Position numbers and translations under genes: made by a program. From the NCBI GenBank assembly GCA_963737655.1, contig CAVTTN010000002.1, positions 544,001-608,000 on the forward strand: DNA of 64,000 nt. Reading direction: 5' to 3'. Each line of letters opens with the position of its first letter. Within the stretch, counting starts at the first letter, position 1. Shown one piece after another: positions 59,280 through 64,000 of this stretch. The stretch comes from an uncultured Planctomycetota bacterium (lineage in GTDB: Bacteria > Planctomycetota > Planctomycetia > Isosphaerales > Isosphaeraceae). Under the pieces are notes generated by a model. It made no database searches, was not told the origin of the DNA, and saw nothing but the letters and a program-made list of their open reading frames with translations.

Positions 59280-62200
59280 TCGTCATCCTCCGTCTGGCCT
59301 TTCTTCTTCCGTACCGCCCGAGTCTTGCGGGCCTTCTCGGGCGGGGTCCAGTTGCGGATGTCCTCAAGCGTCAGGCCGAGTTCGTGGGCGTCCTGCTCCA
59401 GCAGGGTCTGGTAGGACTTGCCCGCCGACTCGCCGAACTCCTCGACGACCTCGGGGTGCCACTGGTGGACCCACGGGAGGAGTTGATCCAGGCCCGCCAG
59501 GAGGGGCGTCAGCCGCCTCGCGTCCCATCCCTCCCGCTTGCGGGCGTCGTAGTAGCCGACGAGGGCCTCCACCTGCTGGAGGTGGTCCCACCCGGCCCAG
59601 CCGACGAGCAGCGAGGGGTCGCCGTCGGTCTGGCAGTGCGGGTAGCTGATCCAGCGTTCCTTGGGCACGTCGAGCTTGCCCCGCAGTCGCCAGTAGTCGG
59701 TCTTGAGGAAGTCCGACGTGGCGTACTTGGGCGGCACCGGGATGTCGCCGACGTCCTTCCCGGCGTCCTCCTGCCGCTGGAGATCCCACGTCCGCTCCCA
59801 GACAATTCTCTTCCGCAGGCCCGTGGCCTTGTAGCGCAGGATCGGCAGGAAAGGGACGGACTCGGACCCGACCAGTTCGGCCACCAGAGCGGCCACGTCG
59901 AAGTCGGGTCGGCCTCGGTAGATCGCCGCTACTTGCATGAACTCGGCGTCGGTGCTCGCAAGGTCAGCCAGTCGGGCCGTCGATTGCAGTTCCACGCCCG
60001 GCCAGTAGCGTTTGTCTTCGAGTCGGTCGAGGAGCCAGTTCTTCAAGGCCCGCTGTTCCTGCTCGGACCACGGTTCGGTGTTCCAGCGGCGCTTGTACTC
60101 AGGCTTCTCGATCAGGCCGATTTCCTTGTTCGTTTCGATGAGCTTGATGCGGCGTTCGACCAGCGTCTGGTAAGCTGCGGGCCAGTGGGTCGGGATCTCG
60201 GTCATCGGCGTCGAGCCGTGCCGCTCGAACCACGTCGTTTGAAGTTCGCCCTTCTCCACCTGCCGGGCCATGACGATCTCGAAGGCCCGCTGGCCGAGGG
60301 CGAGTTCGGGCAGGTCGTCACCGGTATAACTGAAATCATCAGACAACAAGCTGTAAAGACGGTAGCACTCCCAGTCGAGTTCCTCTTGGATCGAAATCAT
60401 ACGACGCAGGGTTCGCTTGGCTTGGATCCGAAAGCTCACCCGTTCCTCAGACGAGTATATTCGTTTCGAGAAAGTTGCTTCGGGCAGCAATTCCATGTGT
60501 TCCTGACCCAATGCGTCTAGCTGGCAAGCATACGATCGAGGCATGCGATCTGGCACGGGCAAACGCAGGAGGTTTGTGGCTGTGAAATCGTAGAAGTGCT
60601 CCCATGTCTCGGTTGCCAGTCCTCCTCCGATTCCACCGCCCCCCTTGTCGTGACATGTCTGCTTGAGCCAAAAGCAAGTTGTCGATGCATTCAACAGACC
60701 AGCCAAGTCGGTATGGTCCTCCTGATCGCAATGGGGAGGCAATTTGATGAGTTGTATTGAATGCTTGAAAACTCTCGGTCCACGTTCCACTACACAGTGA
60801 TTGTGTGTGGCAAAGAAGACAAAAGGTATCGACAGCAGGGTGCTCATCCGGTCTACAGGAATTTGACCGTATTCATACCAATTCTTGCCGCTTTGCTTGT
60901 ACGTATTTCCTCCAAACAGCTTTCGATCCCAAAGGATCGGCTTGTAGGGCCACATGAATTTCAAACATCGAGGAAGGCATGACGAATCTAACACGGCGAT
61001 TTTGTCGTCATAAGGGAAGATGACCCAATCGCCTTCGGCTTGCCCCCAATCACGTACCTGTTCCCCAGTCCCGAAGCTCCGAAGGTTGGCTAATTCGCAT
61101 CGATTACGCAGGAGGACTGACTTCGGCTGAGGGAACACATCGTCCTGCTTGGTAATACACATAAAACCGACGGATGCAACCAGAGAGTCTAACGTGATTT
61201 CGCAGCCTGATTCGAGAGCCTCCTTCAGGTCTCCGACTCCTCCTCCACCTATGCTCCAAGGATGCCGGGCAAATGTCTCTCTTGCCAAATCCGCTGTTGA
61301 GGCAAATTCGTCCTGAGACCCAGCAATGTCAATATTTTTGACGATGGATTGCCAGACAAGGCCCTGGGACGGATCATCGGGGGCTAATGTTTCGCCTTTG
61401 ATGCCAAGTATCGCTCGGACGGTCTTTTCGATCGGCTTGCGTGCCCGCCCGAACAATATGACCGTTGGCGTTCCGTGGCCAGGAATGTAAGCGCCGGAAG
61501 TGTCGATAACGTGTGTGAGGTCGATCTTAGGAAAAAAATCCTCGATCAACTTTTTGCCAAACTCCCGCTTCATAAACGAGTTGGTGGTAATCTGACCGAT
61601 GTAGCCGCAGCCGTTGTCCTCGTCGGGCTGCATTGCTAGTTCCCAGAACCGCTGAGTGAACGGCACGCCGAGCGAGTATTGCCTGTGGCATGTACTGTAC
61701 AAGGCTCGGCATGCTTCGTTCTGGGCCTTGTCCTTAGGTGTGATGTAGGGCGGGTTGCCGACGGCGACGTGATAGCCCTGGCCGAGGATCTCTCGAAGTG
61801 CCACTGGGTCTTCGACGGCATATATCGGGTCCACCTCGAACAAATTTCCCTGTCTATCCAGCGGCAATCGCTCGCCCTTGTAGCCCGGCCTGCTGCCGAA
61901 CAGCAAGCTGTCCCCCGTCGCCAGATGGACGTTCCAAGCCGGGGCGTCCTTGAGCCGACGAATGCCGCAGGCTCGCACGGCGGCGACGATCAGCCGGAAC
62001 CGGGCGATCGCCACGGCGAACGGATTGATGTCCACGCCCCACACACCATCGAGCGCCTCTGCGCCGCCTTGATCTCGTTGCCCTCGACCTTGCACCACTC
62101 CCGGAACAGCCGAGCGAACCCGCCGAGCAGGAAGTGCCCCGAGCCGCACGTCGGGTCGATCATCCGCACCTTGTCGAGGCCGAATTCGTCGAGGGCGGGC

Positions 62201-62853
62201 GTGAGCGTCCGGTCGAGGATGAACTCCTCGACGAACACCGGCGTTTGCAGCAGGGCATACTTCTTGCGGGCCTTCTCAGACAGGTCCTGATACAGGTCGC
62301 CGAGGAACCGGGTATCGCCGTCCGCCACCTCGAACGACCGCAGCAGGTGGCCTCTGGCTGCGTCGATCTCCCGCCAAAACTGGAGCAGCCTCATGGCCGC
62401 ATCGCCGCTCGGGGCCAGCGCCCACAGCGGTGTCTTGCCCTCGGCGAACAGGTCGGCGGCGGCGGGGATCTTGCCGACCTCTTGGAAGACGTGCTGGAAG
62501 TATTCCCGGTCGGTGTAGTGGGCGTGGTGGCGGAAGAAGAGTTCGTGCGACCCCTCGGCGAGCCTGCGGCGCTCGCCCTCCCCGGCCAGCCAGCACTCGT
62601 CGATCAGCCGGTTGTCCTCCATGAACCGCACGAAGACGCAGGCCAGCACCCACGCCACGGCCACCTGATCGAGGTAATCGTCCCGCCAGACCTCGAACGC
62701 CTGGGCCGTGCGGCCCCCGGTCTGGATCTGATGGAACGCCTGACGCAGGCCGGAGTCGATCTCGGCGACCTCGGTCGAGCGGGCGAGCAGGTCCTCGGCC
62801 AGTTCGCCGACGAGACCTCGAAGCTCGGGCAACAACGTCTTGATGTCCACCAT
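59276..62853 (-). pseudogene. pglX: BREX-2 adenine DNA methyltransferase PglX, 1-nt frameshift near 62056 (possibly a sequencing error)
   Basis: GDLYQDLSE..RKKYALLQTP, IDPTCGSGHFL; then GVDINP, VGNPPY, DTSGAYIPGHGTPT, RGKLDVPKER. Confidence 0.92.
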
Positions 62854-62855
62854 GA

Positions 62856-64000
62856 TCAGCCACTTCCCTTCTTGCCAGCCAGGGCCGTGGCGGACTTATC
62901 CGACCGGGCACGATGTAGGTTGTCGATCCAGGACTCGGACACCCTGGCCCGCTGCCCCGGCGTGATGAGCGGGATCTCGGCGTTGTCCAACACCGGCATG
63001 TCGCTCTGCCCGTCCGTCGCCACCAGGACCCACATTCCTGGGCAAGGGACGTCGTGGCCCACCTTGTCCCGCAGCGTCTCCAGGACCGACATCTGGTCGT
63101 AGCGGGCGATCAGGCCCGGATGCACCAGCAGCAGGTGCGACGAGCGGTTCAGGAGGTCGTCCGTGATCTTCAGGGCCACCCGCCCGATCAGGATGAGCAG
63201 GTTCTTCCAGTCCGGGCCGGACGGGTCGGTGCCGTCGGCCCTCTCGACGATCCCCCAGTCGATCTCCAGTTCCTCCGCCTCGTCCCGCAGGGCGTCGAAC
63301 AGCAACTCGTCGAACGAGACCCGCTGGAGCGAAAACCGCCTCAGGAGTTCGTCCTCGCACCGCCGCATCCGGCTCGGCTTCACCGTCAGGGCGAGGAAGC
63401 CGCCGTCGTCGTAAGCGTGCCTCAACCGCTCCTCGAACTGGCGGGCCTCGGCGACGTCCGGCGTCACCTCGACGTGCCGGGCGCTCGTGGTCGTCGTGTG
63501 GCGGGGAGCGTTCGACGAGCCGGACGTGACGACGATCCTCGCCTCCCGGCGGTGGAACGTAGAGGTCTCTGGGTTCCACTGGACGTCGAGGCCGACCCGG
63601 TGCAGGAGGGCGTCGAGATCGGGGCGATCCGGAAGTCGCTCGGCCTCGGGGTAGCGGCTCTCCAGCCGGGAGCGGATCTGCTCGATCGTGAAGCCGCCGT
63701 CCCCCTCCCCGAGGCCAAGCCCCGCCAAAGCACCGAGGCCAAGCCTCAACGCTCGTTCCGCCGCCATCTCCCGTGGGTAGAGTTCCTGGCGGGACGAGAC
63801 GGCGGCGGTCCTGCTCATCGCCGCCGCCAGACGAAGCAATCGTTCGTTCCCGAAGGGCTGGCAGCCGTGGGGCTGCTGGGGCTGGGCGACGTCGTAAAGC
63901 TCCTGGAAGACCCGGAGCGGCGGCGGGAGCGGGTCGCCACCGGCGAGTTCGTCGGCCACCTGCCCGAGCTTCTCGGCGTACGCCGCCAGTTCCTGCGTAC
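62856..64000 (-). CDS. pglW: BREX-2 PglW, C-terminal part (runs off the window)
   Basis: ELYP, SRYPEA..LP.RP.LD, W.IV..AD, PGLIARY motifs; immediately upstream of pglX. Confidence 0.8.
   Translation of the reverse strand, partial: TQELAAYAEKLGQVADELAGGDPLPPPLRVFQELYDVAQPQQPHGCQPFGNERLLRLAAAMSRTAAVSSRQELYPREMAAERALRLGLGALAGLGLGEGDGGFTIEQIRSRLESRYPEAERLPDRPDLDALLHRVGLDVQWNPETSTFHRREARIVVTSGSSNAPRHTTTTSARHVEVTPDVAEARQFEERLRHAYDDGGFLALTVKPSRMRRCEDELLRRFSLQRVSFDELLFDALRDEAEELEIDWGIVERADGTDPSGPDWKNLLILIGRVALKITDDLLNRSSHLLLVHPGLIARYDQMSVLETLRDKVGHDVPCPGMWVLVATDGQSDMPVLDNAEIPLITPGQRARVSESWIDNLHRARSDKSATALAGKKGSG

Noticed and set aside
62050..62062. phase-variable G tract in pglX
   Set aside because: The run is only 2-3 G, too short for slipped-strand switching; an error or point deletion is more likely.

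Overview
GC-rich bacterial accessory DNA, most likely from a planctomycete (inference from gene content), with no rRNA, tRNA or CRISPR visible. There are five blocks. (1) 0.3-20.8 kb holds short stress and conflict genes: an XRE regulator, DUF4291, SDRs, two R2K-type ATP-grasp proteins, a macro domain, and a four-gene RNA-repair operon (P-loop kinase, Thg1, RNA ligase, HD-kinase). (2) 21.3-36.0 kb is a phage/plasmid-like island with no capsid or terminase genes. It has a tandem-wHTH Rep-like gene beside a hairpin-dense non-coding region, an orphan RuvB paralog, a HAD, an HhH-glycosylase-like protein and a NUMOD4-HNH. Four of its ORFs begin with a T4-like capsid-targeting-type N-terminus, and three genes have a TA(T/G)ATAC motif just before the ATG. 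This is the best candidate for an undescribed system. (3) 37348-40007 is a complete IS1-family element (19-bp IRs, 8-bp target duplication) carrying two passenger genes and inserted into an SMI1/KNR4 gene. (4) 41.1-44.7 kb is a DUF1257-DUF2997-AAA-DUF3150-like operon. (5) 46.2-64 kb is a BREX type 2 (Pgl) operon (pglW partial, pglX, pglY, pglZ, brxD, brxHI) with an inserted Schlafen/AlbA-HATPase gene and trailing PD-(D/E)XK and ASCH genes. CGCG is almost absent outside the IS. Several conserved genes carry single-base frameshifts that may be assembly errors. All family calls come from motif recognition, not database searches.
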